From positions 1-64,000 of IMG/VR virus record IMGVR_UViG_2595698880_000001: a stretch of 64,000 nt of DNA. One strand, 5' to 3'. The number at the start of each line of letters is the position of its first letter. The first letter of the stretch is position 1. The notes under the pieces were generated by a model. It made no database searches, was not told the origin of the DNA, and saw nothing but the letters and a program-made list of their open reading frames with translations. This stretch comes from a virus (lineage: Duplodnaviria > Caudoviricetes). The position numbers and the translations under genes are program-made. Positions 38,043-48,288 of the stretch are shown piece after piece.

Positions 38043-41000
38043 ATGGTTGAACGCTTAAAACAAACAATCAGACATCCTAAGATGGAAGTGTTAGTGGATT
38101 TTAAAGGTTTGGGCCTGAACAGAATCAATGAGTGGGAAAATATCACTGATTATGTCCTAGATATTTCAGGTAGTAAGGAGAAAGCTACAGAATCAGTCGG
38201 TGGTGTTACTAGTGATATTGTTACATTTGCAACAGATAACAAAGGTAATGTATTTTCAAATACTAATCCTAAAAGCCCTTTTTATCAAAAAGTAAAATCG
38301 AATGTTGACTTTGTTCTCAAGACAGGATTTAAAGGTGAAGAGTTAAAAATTTATGCTGCTGGTATTATCACAAAATTCGCTCCTTCGTGGAATGACAAGA
38401 AATACAATGTAAGTGCTGAAGATTATTTTTATTTGCTGAAAAATACTGATGCTCCTAAAACAGCTTACCAGGATGTTTCATTAGATGAACTAGTGCATAT
38501 CCTTTTAGATGCAGCTGAAATTCCTTCACAAATTAAGCGGATCATACCGAAAACTGAATTCAACTTTCAGTATTTTAAATTTGAAGAAGCTAATTGTTTT
38601 GATGCCCTGAAGAAATTAATGGAGATTTCCGTTGGTCAGGCATACTTTGAGGGGCTTAATTTTGTATTTGAAACAAAGTTAGCACTTGATTATGAATTAG
38701 ATTTGACTGTAAAACACACAATTGAAGAGGATGACATCTTTACCTTTGACGAAACAATTGAAGATTCAGATATCGTAAATGCTGTTTCGATTATTTCTGA
38801 TCCTAAGACGATCTTTCCAAAAGAGCTTGTATTTCAAACTCCTGAAAATATCGTACAGGTAAATGAAGAACCTATTACGTTTGGTGATGGTAGTTCGTTC
38901 TTTATTGACAATACTCATTTGCCAATCATCAACAATACTGAAAATCCTATTTCGGTAAAGAATTTAACTCAAGGCCGTACGATTAATATTCTTACTGTAG
39001 ATAAAAATACAGGTAAAATCACAATCGCTCCTGAAAGTTTAGCTTATGTAGCAAAAGGTGACTTGTTAGTTGTTTCTTATTCTTATCAGCAACTAGTTTT
39101 ACTTCCAGGCCAATCACGTACTTATTCACTTAGCTTATCAGGTGAGGTACACGCTCTTACAGACGTTGATGTAGCTGTTTGGGATGCAACAGGGCAATTA
39201 CCTAGAGATTATTCAACAACGCCAAATAAAGCAAATACAGTATCTCTAAACCAATTCAACTTCAATCAAACTTCAGGTTTGGTTACTGTTGTTTTAAAGA
39301 ACAACTATAATGAAGGTATCACAATTTCTACGCTGCAATTACGTGGTAATCCAATTAAAAGTGCTAATCCATTAGAAATTTACGTTCGTGATCTTCCTTC
39401 TATTAACGAATATAAAAAGCAAGAAATACAAATCGCTAACAATTACTTCACGAATACGAAGTTAGCTCAAAAAATTGCACAATACATTGTAGACAATCGT
39501 TCTCAACCTAGAAAGAAAATCGGCGTTGATATGGATGGTTACACTGAATTAGAACTTAATGATATCGCAAAGGTAATTGAAAATGAAAGCGGAACAAACC
39601 ATACGTTCTACGCTGATCGTATCGATTATTCTTTTTCTGCTGATGGTGGGTGGACTGCTAAAGTTACATTTACTCAAACTGAAACTGAACAATGGGTGTA
39701 TGAATCATTCAAAGGTGAATCATGGGAGAAAACAAATCCTGGAAATCCTATCGATGACTTCATTTTCGATATCAATGCAAATATGATTAAGAATGGTGGA
39801 GCTGAACTTCATACTGGAATTGCTGATTATGTAGATGCTGGTGCAATTGGTTCTGCTCATTATGTTCCGGACTATTGGAGATTCACACGTTCAACAGGAA
39901 ATGCTTCAGCTAGGATTCGTACCGGCGGTGAATTAGCTTTACATGCGGATCAGTCTTTCGAAATCTCAGCATCAAATAGCGGTTCAGGTTATTATGAACA
40001 AACTATCGAAGGTGTTGTTCCTTCTAAGACACATTCAGCTTCTTTTATAGCACGTTTAGATGGGTGTACCGGCGTCTTTATCGTTGAGCAATACGCTAAC
40101 ACTAGTTTAATCAAAACGCTTTCATATGACCTTCCTGAAGGCTTAAAAGAATATGAATTCCAATTCGCTTCTGAACCTACAGCAACTTCTTTTATTGTCA
40201 AGTTTAAAAAGAAAGCTGGTACAAAAGGTTCTGAATCAATGATCTTTGACAAAGTAAAAGTTGAAGAAGCCGACAAAGCTAGTTTGTATTTAGAAGCTAA
40301 TGAAACTCAAAGTGTTCAAGCTGGACAAAAGTATGATAATTCAGTTATAATCGGTAATAACTACGGTGTATCGGTTTATGATGCTAATAATTCTCAACGT
40401 GTTCGCATGGGCCAATATGCACCAGGAAAGTACGGTATGCGTATTGACAATGGAGCACTTGAAATTGTTAACGGATTATTATATGAACAACTAGCTAATG
40501 ATGTAGGTAAAAAGTTAGACATCAGCGCAAATAACGCTATAACAAGTTTAGCTATGAGTATGTCAGGTCTTGATGGTGATTTAGATACAGTTTCAGGTAT
40601 CGTCAATAGTCATACAAGCCTTATCCAGCAGAACTCTGAACAGATACAATTAAGAGTTTTATCGTCAACATACAAAACGGATAAGGATGGAATATTGAAA
40701 CGTCTTTCTGACAATGAAACGGCTATCAGTCAAACGGCCCACGATATCACCTTACTTGCTACTAAAGACTCTTTAGATGAATTAGGTAACGTTGTTGAAT
40801 CAAATACAGCAGCAATCAATGTCAATGCTACTGCTATTACTCAACGTGTAACAACATCAACTTTCAATCAGGCCATTACTGATACTAAAGCTTATGCTGA
40901 TTCTGCTGCTACTTCTAAAGCAAATACCGCTGAAAGTAATGCTAAAGCTGCTTCAGAAAAGAATATTCACATTGGCAATACTTCGCCAACCGACACAACG

Positions 41001-43955
41001 AGAAAATGGTTAGATACAAATACAACCATTCCGATCTTGAAGTATTATACAGGTGGAACATGGAAAAAGTTAATTCCTACAGCTGCTTCAGATATTGGCG
41101 CTGAAACTCCATCAGGAGCACAAACTAAAGCAACAACAGCGGAAACAAACGCTAAAAAGTATATGGATTCAGTGAATGCAACAATTCAAGATCAATTCAC
41201 GGCCCAATCATCAAGCATTACTCAACTTTCGAACAGAATAGATAGTAAAGTTGAATCAACAACTTACACTCAAGGTATCGCTGATGCTAAAACTTACGCT
41301 GATGGTAAAGCTTCTACAGCTGAATCAAACGCAAAAGGATACGCCGATACTAAAGATACCGCAACTTTAAATAGCGCTAAAGGTTATGCAGATACTAAAG
41401 ATGCTGTTATCGTCGAAAGAGTAGAAACGAATTCATCTTTAATTAGTCAACAAGCGGATAAAATTTTATCTATGGTTACTAAAACCGAATTCAATAGCTT
41501 GAAAATCGGTGGTCAGAATAAAGTAACTGGAACTGATTTTAAAAACGCTGTAGGATGGACTAGATGGAATGTTGGTACACTTTCATTTGCTCAAGCTGAT
41601 TCTAGTATGCCTAAAAATTATCTGAAAGTAGAAACAAAAGATGGATCAGGTAACAATTTAACTGTAGCAAGCGGTCAAGCGATAGGTTTACAACATAGTG
41701 GACGAACTTTCAGGGTAATCGCTGGTCAAACTTATACAGCTTCTATGATAGTTGCTACTAGTGAATTAGGCGGTATGTTGGATTATCTTTATGTAATTCA
41801 CAAAGATGGTCAAGGTAACAAGAGATTAACCAACGTTGATACAACTAATTTCGTAACTGTTCATCCTGCTTATAGTGGTGCTCCTTCAACTTATGATTTC
41901 AGAATGGTTTACTTCACATTTACAGCAGCACGTACAGATGATGTTTACTTGTTAATCGGCGGTACAACTAAACGTGACTTGGGTTCTACTGCTTATGCCT
42001 GGATTCGTTTATACGATTTCAAAGTAGAAGATGGTGATAAAGCTACTGCTTGGACTCCTTCAACAGAAGATGTTAAACAAGATATCAACACACTTTCTAC
42101 TCAAATCAGTCAAACAGCTGAAGATATCTCATTGAATGTTGTTAAAAATAACAAAGTATTGACAGCTATCAACGCTTCAGCAGAAGGCGTTAAAATCAAA
42201 GCTGATCGTTTAGATATCACTGGATTAGTTACCTTCAACGTACTAAATAACGATATGCAATCAAGAATTTCTAATGCAGATCAAGCTTATGCTGATACTG
42301 TTAGATGGAAATTACCAAATACAACTTTAATCAATGGTGGTTTAATTGCTGCTGATACAGTTACAGCTAGTCAGATTTTAGTTGGATCGTGGGAAAACCT
42401 TTACCAAAACGGCGGTTTCGAAAAGAAAGATGCTGGATGGAAAAATGCTTCTGTTTGGTCAGTAGTTTCAACAGCTCCTTACAATGGAACGTATCACGCT
42501 GAAGGAACTTGGGGTAGTAGCGGTGCTGTTTCTTACTATGATGACCGCGAAATTGATGTCAGACCAGGAGAAAAATATTACTTCGAAGGTTATTTCCGTA
42601 CAAAAACTTCTACTACAACGAAAGCTAGAACTATCCTGGTGAGATTTAAAGATAAAACAGGATCTTATTCTTACAATATCGTTGAAGAAACGTTATCTAC
42701 TTCTTGGCAAAAGTTTTCTTATGTTGTAGATATTCCTTCTGATTGTGTATCGATGACTATAGGTTTATCTGTAAAAGGCGGTATGCCTTCAGGAAATTCA
42801 ACATATGCAGATAACTTATTCTGTAAGCGAATGACAGACGGTTCTTTGATTGTCGATGGAACAATTACAGCTAGTATGATTAAATCATTAAATGGTTTAA
42901 ATATTGGTAGCGGTCAGTTTACAGTAGATGGATCAGGCAACGTAATTATTGGTGGTGGAGCAACTTTAAGGGCCGCTAAGTTTGAAGGTCTAAGAGGTAA
43001 CACAATTTCATTTGGCGATCACGGTGCTAAAATTGATACTTCTATCGCTGGAACAATCAAACGTACACGTTTTGCTGGAAATGATACAAACTACCTAGCT
43101 ATTGATGACGATGGTACTTTCAACTTTGTTATGAACGGTGACTTCAACCCTAAATTTTATATCGCTAATGGTGGACACAAAGGATTGAAATTAGGGATGG
43201 GCCAAATCATCGGCCTGACTGATGGTGAAGCTATTCACGTTCGTAACGGCGCTAACTCTGATTATGGTAAGTTTGCTGCTGGTGATGTTGCTGTAACGAA
43301 AGAACTTGATGTTTGGGGCAAAGCTAAAATCGGTGGTACTGATTTAACCATTAACGGTTCTACAGCTGGTATGCTTAAATTGAAAGGTTCTCCATATGCT
43401 TACATGGAATTCTACGCTAATGGAACACAAGTTGGTTTCGTTGGTTTAGAACAAGCTTCAGGTCAGAATAACGTGATGCTTCAGAATAACAACGGCGGCG
43501 AAGTATTAATTAAAACCGCTGCAACTCGTGTTAAATTTGACCGATCTGTTGGACAAGTTGTTTTTAAAGATCAGAATGATAATGGTTACATTAGCCTAAT
43601 CGCTAAAGATTTCGTTCCTGGATCATTAAGAGAACTAAAGAAAGATATCACACCTTTCGAAAAAACTTCAACAGGAAGAACAGTTTTGGAAGAGATTTGC
43701 AGCACAACAGTATTTAATTATCGTTACAAAGAAGAAAATAGTGAAATCGATCCGCTAAGAATGGGTTTGATTTATGATTCTGCTCCTTATGAAGTAATTG
43801 ATCCGCGCGGTCAAGGTATTAATTTGTACGGTTTAGCTACAATGTCTTTCCAGGGTGTAAAGGAATTGAACATTAAGTTAGAAGAAAGAGTTTCTGAATT
43901 AGAAATGACTATTGACTCCTTGAGTGCTAGAATAGCTATTTTGGAAACAAAGTAA
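38043..43955 (+). CDS. Baseplate hub / central tail fibre (1970 aa) with CBM-like modules, coiled-coil repeats and a C-terminal S74-like chaperone
   Basis: AKxYAD repeats; KVEDGDKATAWTPSTED; NLYQNGGFE; SLRELKKDI...INLYGL. Confidence 0.8.
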   Translation: MVERLKQTIRHPKMEVLVDFKGLGLNRINEWENITDYVLDISGSKEKATESVGGVTSDIVTFATDNKGNVFSNTNPKSPFYQKVKSNVDFVLKTGFKGEELKIYAAGIITKFAPSWNDKKYNVSAEDYFYLLKNTDAPKTAYQDVSLDELVHILLDAAEIPSQIKRIIPKTEFNFQYFKFEEANCFDALKKLMEISVGQAYFEGLNFVFETKLALDYELDLTVKHTIEEDDIFTFDETIEDSDIVNAVSIISDPKTIFPKELVFQTPENIVQVNEEPITFGDGSSFFIDNTHLPIINNTENPISVKNLTQGRTINILTVDKNTGKITIAPESLAYVAKGDLLVVSYSYQQLVLLPGQSRTYSLSLSGEVHALTDVDVAVWDATGQLPRDYSTTPNKANTVSLNQFNFNQTSGLVTVVLKNNYNEGITISTLQLRGNPIKSANPLEIYVRDLPSINEYKKQEIQIANNYFTNTKLAQKIAQYIVDNRSQPRKKIGVDMDGYTELELNDIAKVIENESGTNHTFYADRIDYSFSADGGWTAKVTFTQTETEQWVYESFKGESWEKTNPGNPIDDFIFDINANMIKNGGAELHTGIADYVDAGAIGSAHYVPDYWRFTRSTGNASARIRTGGELALHADQSFEISASNSGSGYYEQTIEGVVPSKTHSASFIARLDGCTGVFIVEQYANTSLIKTLSYDLPEGLKEYEFQFASEPTATSFIVKFKKKAGTKGSESMIFDKVKVEEADKASLYLEANETQSVQAGQKYDNSVIIGNNYGVSVYDANNSQRVRMGQYAPGKYGMRIDNGALEIVNGLLYEQLANDVGKKLDISANNAITSLAMSMSGLDGDLDTVSGIVNSHTSLIQQNSEQIQLRVLSSTYKTDKDGILKRLSDNETAISQTAHDITLLATKDSLDELGNVVESNTAAINVNATAITQRVTTSTFNQAITDTKAYADSAATSKANTAESNAKAASEKNIHIGNTSPTDTTRKWLDTNTTIPILKYYTGGTWKKLIPTAASDIGAETPSGAQTKATTAETNAKKYMDSVNATIQDQFTAQSSSITQLSNRIDSKVESTTYTQGIADAKTYADGKASTAESNAKGYADTKDTATLNSAKGYADTKDAVIVERVETNSSLISQQADKILSMVTKTEFNSLKIGGQNKVTGTDFKNAVGWTRWNVGTLSFAQADSSMPKNYLKVETKDGSGNNLTVASGQAIGLQHSGRTFRVIAGQTYTASMIVATSELGGMLDYLYVIHKDGQGNKRLTNVDTTNFVTVHPAYSGAPSTYDFRMVYFTFTAARTDDVYLLIGGTTKRDLGSTAYAWIRLYDFKVEDGDKATAWTPSTEDVKQDINTLSTQISQTAEDISLNVVKNNKVLTAINASAEGVKIKADRLDITGLVTFNVLNNDMQSRISNADQAYADTVRWKLPNTTLINGGLIAADTVTASQILVGSWENLYQNGGFEKKDAGWKNASVWSVVSTAPYNGTYHAEGTWGSSGAVSYYDDREIDVRPGEKYYFEGYFRTKTSTTTKARTILVRFKDKTGSYSYNIVEETLSTSWQKFSYVVDIPSDCVSMTIGLSVKGGMPSGNSTYADNLFCKRMTDGSLIVDGTITASMIKSLNGLNIGSGQFTVDGSGNVIIGGGATLRAAKFEGLRGNTISFGDHGAKIDTSIAGTIKRTRFAGNDTNYLAIDDDGTFNFVMNGDFNPKFYIANGGHKGLKLGMGQIIGLTDGEAIHVRNGANSDYGKFAAGDVAVTKELDVWGKAKIGGTDLTINGSTAGMLKLKGSPYAYMEFYANGTQVGFVGLEQASGQNNVMLQNNNGGEVLIKTAATRVKFDRSVGQVVFKDQNDNGYISLIAKDFVPGSLRELKKDITPFEKTSTGRTVLEEICSTTVFNYRYKEENSEIDPLRMGLIYDSAPYEVIDPRGQGINLYGLATMSFQGVKELNIKLEERVSELEMTIDSLSARIAILETK

Positions 43956-44006
43956 ATAATAGGAATAAAATGGAGTGGTTTTTATGACCATTCCTTTCTT
44001 TTTTGT

Positions 44007-44036
44007 GAGATTTTGTATTTTGTTATATGTATTAAT
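44007..44036 (+). promoter_or_regulatory. Putative late promoter of the lysis cassette
   Basis: GAGATT-N16-GTATTAAT, just after a terminator at about 43968-44004. Confidence 0.65.
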
Positions 44037-44068
44037 GTTACATGAGACAAAATTAGGAGGTGCTAGGA

Positions 44069-44248
44069 ATGGACAAGCAACAATTACAACCTACATTCGA
44101 AGATGTGGTTAAAGAGCTAAAGGCTAGAATCGGTGATTTAGAAGTGGAAAAAGCTATTGCTGTTAGTGCGAACGCTAAAAAAGATGTTTATATCGCTGAA
44201 TTAGAAGCTAAATTACCTCAAGAAGAACCGAAAGAAGAAGGAAAATAA
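44069..44248 (+). CDS. Small coiled-coil protein
   Basis: SD AGGAGGTG. Confidence 0.7.
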   Translation: MDKQQLQPTFEDVVKELKARIGDLEVEKAIAVSANAKKDVYIAELEAKLPQEEPKEEGK

Positions 44249-44261
44249 GGAGTGAAAACGA

Positions 44262-44708
44262 ATGGTTTCTGAAATCACTAAGACCGCTTCAGAATTAGCC
44301 GGTTCACAGTTTGTTTTCGGAATCCTTTTTATCCTTCTTTTGGTTGCTGTTTTGTGGAGTGTTCATAAAGCTTTTACTCAAGTGCAACAGAATAATATCG
44401 CTCAAGCAAATAAGATGGACGATATGCACTTGCAGCGACAAGCACAACTGATGGAAATATTACAAGAGAACAAGTCCGAAAGCAAAGAACGTGAAGAAAA
44501 GTTGTACGCAGAACGCGAAAAGCTAGTTCTAACAATTGACCGTTATAATGACCAATTAGAAGCAATTAGCGACACTCAAGCAAATACAAATGAAACTCTT
44601 AACAAAATGCAAGACAACCTTGAGAATCTTCAGTCAAATTTTACTGAAATGAATTACAGCGTGAGAGTTTTGAATGATCGTGTTGATCGTATTGAAAGAA
44701 AAAATTAA
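44262..44708 (+). CDS. BhlA/XhlA-like holin-associated protein
   Basis: One N-terminal TM (SQFVFGILFILLL), SKEREEKL and a coiled coil. Confidence 0.7.
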   Translation: MVSEITKTASELAGSQFVFGILFILLLVAVLWSVHKAFTQVQQNNIAQANKMDDMHLQRQAQLMEILQENKSESKEREEKLYAEREKLVLTIDRYNDQLEAISDTQANTNETLNKMQDNLENLQSNFTEMNYSVRVLNDRVDRIERKN

Positions 44709-44723
44709 TTAGGAGTGGTAAGT

Positions 44724-45902
44724 GTGGCTTATACATTAGACGATTTACTAAAGAAAGCACAACCTAAATTAGAGGGAGTTCATCCATCGGTTCAGGCATG
44801 TGCGCTACAATTGATTACTAAAGCTTATGCTAAAGGTTATAAATTGATTATCACACAAGGATTACGTACAATCTACGAACAAAATAAGTTATATGCAAAA
44901 GGACGTACAACGGCACAATTACGAGCTGTTGGTATTAGCGGAATCGCTGGTAATCCTTCAGCTGCTATCGTTACTCGTGCAAAAGGTGGTACTTCTTATC
45001 ATAACTACGGTTTGGCGTTTGATATCGGAATTTTACGAACTGATGAAAAAGATGTTGATTGGACTGATTCAAAATACCGTCCTATCGGTGCTTTAGGTAA
45101 GGAATTAGGCTTAGAATGGGGTGGAGATTTCAAGTCAATTAAAGATACTCCACATTATCAGTTATCTTTCGGCCTTTCTATTGCTGATTTACAAGCAGGA
45201 AAACGTCCTAAAAACTCAACTGTATCTGTTCATCCAGGAGTTCAAGTTGTTAAGATGGGTTCTGAAGGTTCACTAGTAAAAGAAGTCCAACAAAAACTTA
45301 ACAAATTAGGTTTTGATTGTGGTGATCCGGATGGTATTGCTGGTAAGAAAACTGTAGCTGCTATTGAAGACTTCCAGGCTAAATTTGGTCTTTCTAAAGA
45401 CGGTATCGCTGGACGTGATACTTTAGCTAAATTAAACCAATTAGCTGCTGAAAAAACTGAAGAAGTTAAAAAAGAAGCAGAAAAGAAAGACTTACCTAAA
45501 GTTGAATCTTTCGGCGGTACACCAATTCGTGTAACTACTATCACTGATGCAGGAGTTTATCGTCACGCTGATATCTCTGACAAACATCGTACGATTAAAA
45601 AAGGAACAACTTTTAGAGTATACGGAAACACTTATGCAGCATGGGCCGTTAATGATGGTTTCGTTCAAATGAAAGATGTTGAACCTCAAGCAATGACTAT
45701 TCATACCGGCGGCGTTAATATTGCTATGCAAACTGAATTGAAGCGTTTTATGTCAGGTCTTAACAAAGATACTGTATTAATCTTCAAATCAGAAGGTGGA
45801 AATCCTTACGCTGAAATTACCGCTAAAGGTTTAGTATTAGTTGAAATCCTTCGTTACTTGAAAGCTAACAAATGGTATTACAAAGAAGCTCCAAAAGCTT
45901 AA
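44724..45902 (+). CDS. Endolysin: M15C L-alanyl-D-glutamate peptidase + PG-binding domain
   Basis: GLRTIYEQNKLYAKGR, SYHNYGLAFD, WGGDF..DTPHYQ; DGIAGKKT PG_binding_1 repeats. Confidence 0.92.
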   Translation: MAYTLDDLLKKAQPKLEGVHPSVQACALQLITKAYAKGYKLIITQGLRTIYEQNKLYAKGRTTAQLRAVGISGIAGNPSAAIVTRAKGGTSYHNYGLAFDIGILRTDEKDVDWTDSKYRPIGALGKELGLEWGGDFKSIKDTPHYQLSFGLSIADLQAGKRPKNSTVSVHPGVQVVKMGSEGSLVKEVQQKLNKLGFDCGDPDGIAGKKTVAAIEDFQAKFGLSKDGIAGRDTLAKLNQLAAEKTEEVKKEAEKKDLPKVESFGGTPIRVTTITDAGVYRHADISDKHRTIKKGTTFRVYGNTYAAWAVNDGFVQMKDVEPQAMTIHTGGVNIAMQTELKRFMSGLNKDTVLIFKSEGGNPYAEITAKGLVLVEILRYLKANKWYYKEAPKA

Positions 45903-45921
45903 TTTTTAGGAGGTGAACAAA

Positions 45922-46182
45922 ATGGACAAAGGTACTTTGATTCGTACGGTGTTGCTAGTTGTGGCCTTGATTAACCAAACGTTAATTATGGTAGGTAAAC
46001 CTGTTTTACCTGTAGATGAACACCAATTAACTAACTTGATCGATAACGCTTATTTATGGGGATCGACGGTTTATTCAATCGTTATGATCCTGGTAGCATG
46101 GTATCGAAACAACTTCATCACTAAGAAAGGTAAGGCCCAAAAAGAAGTTCTAAAGAAACACGGTCTTACTAAAGCAAAATAA
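45922..46182 (+). CDS. SPP1-family holin
   Basis: DKGTLIRTVLLVVALINQ...AWYRNNFITKKG. Confidence 0.9.
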   Translation: MDKGTLIRTVLLVVALINQTLIMVGKPVLPVDEHQLTNLIDNAYLWGSTVYSIVMILVAWYRNNFITKKGKAQKEVLKKHGLTKAK

Positions 46183-46216
46183 AAAGGAGGGCATAATAGC
46201 CTTCCTTCTTTTTTTT
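46180..46216. terminator. Bidirectional terminator between the convergent genome arms
   Basis: A-run, AGGAGGGC/GCCTTCCT stem, T-run. Confidence 0.8.
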
Positions 46217-46760
46217 ATATCTTGACAAACTTATTGTACCCAACTTGTGGAAAGATATGATATTCAATTTTATTCGCTTCGATCATTTCTGCCAAAAATC
46301 CACCTATATCATTTTCGATAACATTGCAATATCCATCTTTTAGAAAATTATCGAACATTTTATCAGCTACTAATTTCTTACGTTTGACTTCCATTTCTTC
46401 TCTTCTCATTAAAAAATAAGCAGCAGCATGTCCACTTAATTTAATTCCTTGATCCGTGTGTTCCACTTCAGGAGCTTCGAACTTCTTCTTTTTGAATTCT
46501 TCGATGTTGGCTTGCAATTGATACAGTTCATCTTGTAAAAATTCAGGTTCAAGGCCAAAAACTGCTGCAATTTTGATACAATCTACAGCGGAAACGTTCA
46601 CAGCTTCGAAAAGGTCTTCAGATGAACGATTACGTATTTGAGGGTAATTGCATTCAGTTATGGTAAAAAGTCCATTAGATTGTAATTTGAAGCTTAAAAA
46701 TTTTTCCTTAATCACTCTATTAATGTAAGCACCTGGAAAAGTTGTAATTCTTTTGTTCAT
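46215..46760 (-). CDS. Hypothetical protein
   Basis: 181 aa; SD AGGGGG. Confidence 0.75.
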   Translation of the reverse strand: MNKRITTFPGAYINRVIKEKFLSFKLQSNGLFTITECNYPQIRNRSSEDLFEAVNVSAVDCIKIAAVFGLEPEFLQDELYQLQANIEEFKKKKFEAPEVEHTDQGIKLSGHAAAYFLMRREEMEVKRKKLVADKMFDNFLKDGYCNVIENDIGGFLAEMIEANKIEYHIFPQVGYNKFVKI

Positions 46761-46782
46761 TTGTAAATTCCCCCTATAAATT

Positions 46783-46953
46783 TTATAAAGCTAATGCTTG
46801 TCCTGCTGTAATTTTCTTCAAATGTTTAAGAACCAATTCTGTAACCTCTAAATATTCTTTGTCACCAAAAATTTTGAATAATTCCATGTAGTCGTTATAA
46901 ACATCCAAAAGCCCATCAATGATTTCTTTCCTTGACAATTCTTTTTGTTCCAT
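46783..46953 (-). CDS. 56-aa hypothetical protein (not in ORF track)
   Basis: SD AGGAGGT; MEQKELSRKEIIDGLLDVYNDY... Confidence 0.7.
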   Translation of the reverse strand: MEQKELSRKEIIDGLLDVYNDYMELFKIFGDKEYLEVTELVLKHLKKITAGQALAL

Positions 46954-46985
46954 TATAACTACCTCCTATTCAATTGGTTAACCTT

Positions 46986-47014
46986 ATTATAAATGGTAAA
47001 TTCCTATAAGTCAA
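46986..47014 (-). promoter_or_regulatory. SigA-type promoter
   Basis: TTGACT-N17-TATAAT. Confidence 0.8.
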
Positions 47015-47518
47015 TTATAATTTTGGTAAATATTCATTTTGAACTAGCCAATGAATGCCTATACCGACGGAATCACTGGCATCGTCAGTTAAGAAATTCA
47101 ATTCTTTGTTTTTGTGCCAAATTCTTTTGCTGTATTTTTTTACTTCATTTTCAACATCTTCTTTACTTGCCGATCCGTTTCCAGTGAAATCTTTTTTGAA
47201 CGACTTATTATTCAACTCTTCTACTTCGGAAAAGGCAAATACTTTGTTAGTTATACCATGAACCAACGCTAATTTATATCCTGATAGTCCAGCTTGATTA
47301 ACCCATTCTTCCTTTACAACTTTATGAGGAAAATAATTTTGCCTTAACGTAGACAGAAACATTTCTAAGTGAATAAGCTTCTTTCCTTCATCTTTTGTTT
47401 CGAAATGGTTATTGTTAATATGTCCATAATTCAAAAGTTTCGGCTTATTTCTAATGTCGAAAATAGCATATCCGTACGAATTTAATGATGGATCAAGACA
47501 AATCAAAAACATCTTCAT
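47015..47518 (-). CDS. ruvC: RuvC-like Holliday junction resolvase
   Basis: LDPSLNSYGYA, VVKEE, KKDFTGNGSASKEDV, DDASDSVGI. Confidence 0.88.
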   Translation of the reverse strand: MKMFLICLDPSLNSYGYAIFDIRNKPKLLNYGHINNNHFETKDEGKKLIHLEMFLSTLRQNYFPHKVVKEEWVNQAGLSGYKLALVHGITNKVFAFSEVEELNNKSFKKDFTGNGSASKEDVENEVKKYSKRIWHKNKELNFLTDDASDSVGIGIHWLVQNEYLPKL

Positions 47519-48224
47519 CTACCTCTTTTCTGTTAAAAGGCTTATTCAAACCTTTTTCTCTTATGAAGTCGTTATAAGTGTCAATAGCTTCTTCTTTCGT
47601 TATATAATTACCTAAGAATTTTTTCTTCTTATCGAAAGATATTTCACATTTAAAGAAAGAACCTATTTGTTTTATCCCTACATCTTTAGTAGTACCTGTG
47701 AATTTATCGATTATCTTTCGAATATCTTTTTTATCGCGAAGTTTTTCTTTTGGCACGTCATTCAAAAAGGCATATTCACCATATTTTCTTTTAGCGAATA
47801 AATTGTAAGCAAAAGCTGCTGATTCTTCTTCATTAAAATAACCTATTGTTTTTGTTGTTTTTCCTTCAGCTATTTTCGCTATCCAGGTATTTTTTGTTTT
47901 ACAAAAATGAACACCTTTATATTTAGAAGAAAGAACTTTTATCTTTCGTGTGTTCCCTTGACTTTGACTTTCACTACATACCCTCAAATTTTCCCTGGTG
48001 TTATTCAGGGTATCGTGATCTTCGTGATCTACTATTTTACCTTCAGGAAAATTCATTATTTCTCTATGCATCATAACTTTACCTTTAGGAGTATTTCTTA
48101 CAGCGTAACCATTAGACGTTTCGTGCCAATTATACTGATTCAAATAGTTAAAATCGCATTCACTAACTTTAACTTCATTTCCGCTACTTAATGTTATAGT
48201 TCTATGCATTTCCTTTACCTCCAT
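47493..48224 (-). mobile_element. HNH-AP2 homing endonuclease (two AP2-like domains)
   Basis: MHREIM...VDHEDHDTLNNTRENLR; SKYKGV...W.AKI...IGYF.EE.AA.AYN. Confidence 0.88.
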
Positions 48225-48256
48225 AATAAAAACACCCTTTCGCATTTTATACAATC

Positions 48257-48286
48257 ATTAATACGAAAAGGTGTGACTTTTTTATT
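48257..48286 (-). promoter_or_regulatory. Putative late promoter within an SD-sequestering hairpin
   Basis: AATAAA-N16-GTATTAAT; 14-bp stem 48260-48273/48233-48246. Confidence 0.7.
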
Positions 48287-48288
48287 GT

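Noticed and set aside
40870-41405. Tandem DNA repeats in the tail fibre as a DGR or shufflon target
   Set aside because: The repeats are degenerate at synonymous positions (AKxYAD coiled-coil units); no reverse transcriptase or invertase is in the window.
12974-45731. Numerous antisense or alternate-frame ORFs in the track (e.g. 12974-13336, 16048-16395, 31959-32300, 34750-35118)
   Set aside because: They lie within long, well-supported genes, lack SDs and look like codon-bias shadows.
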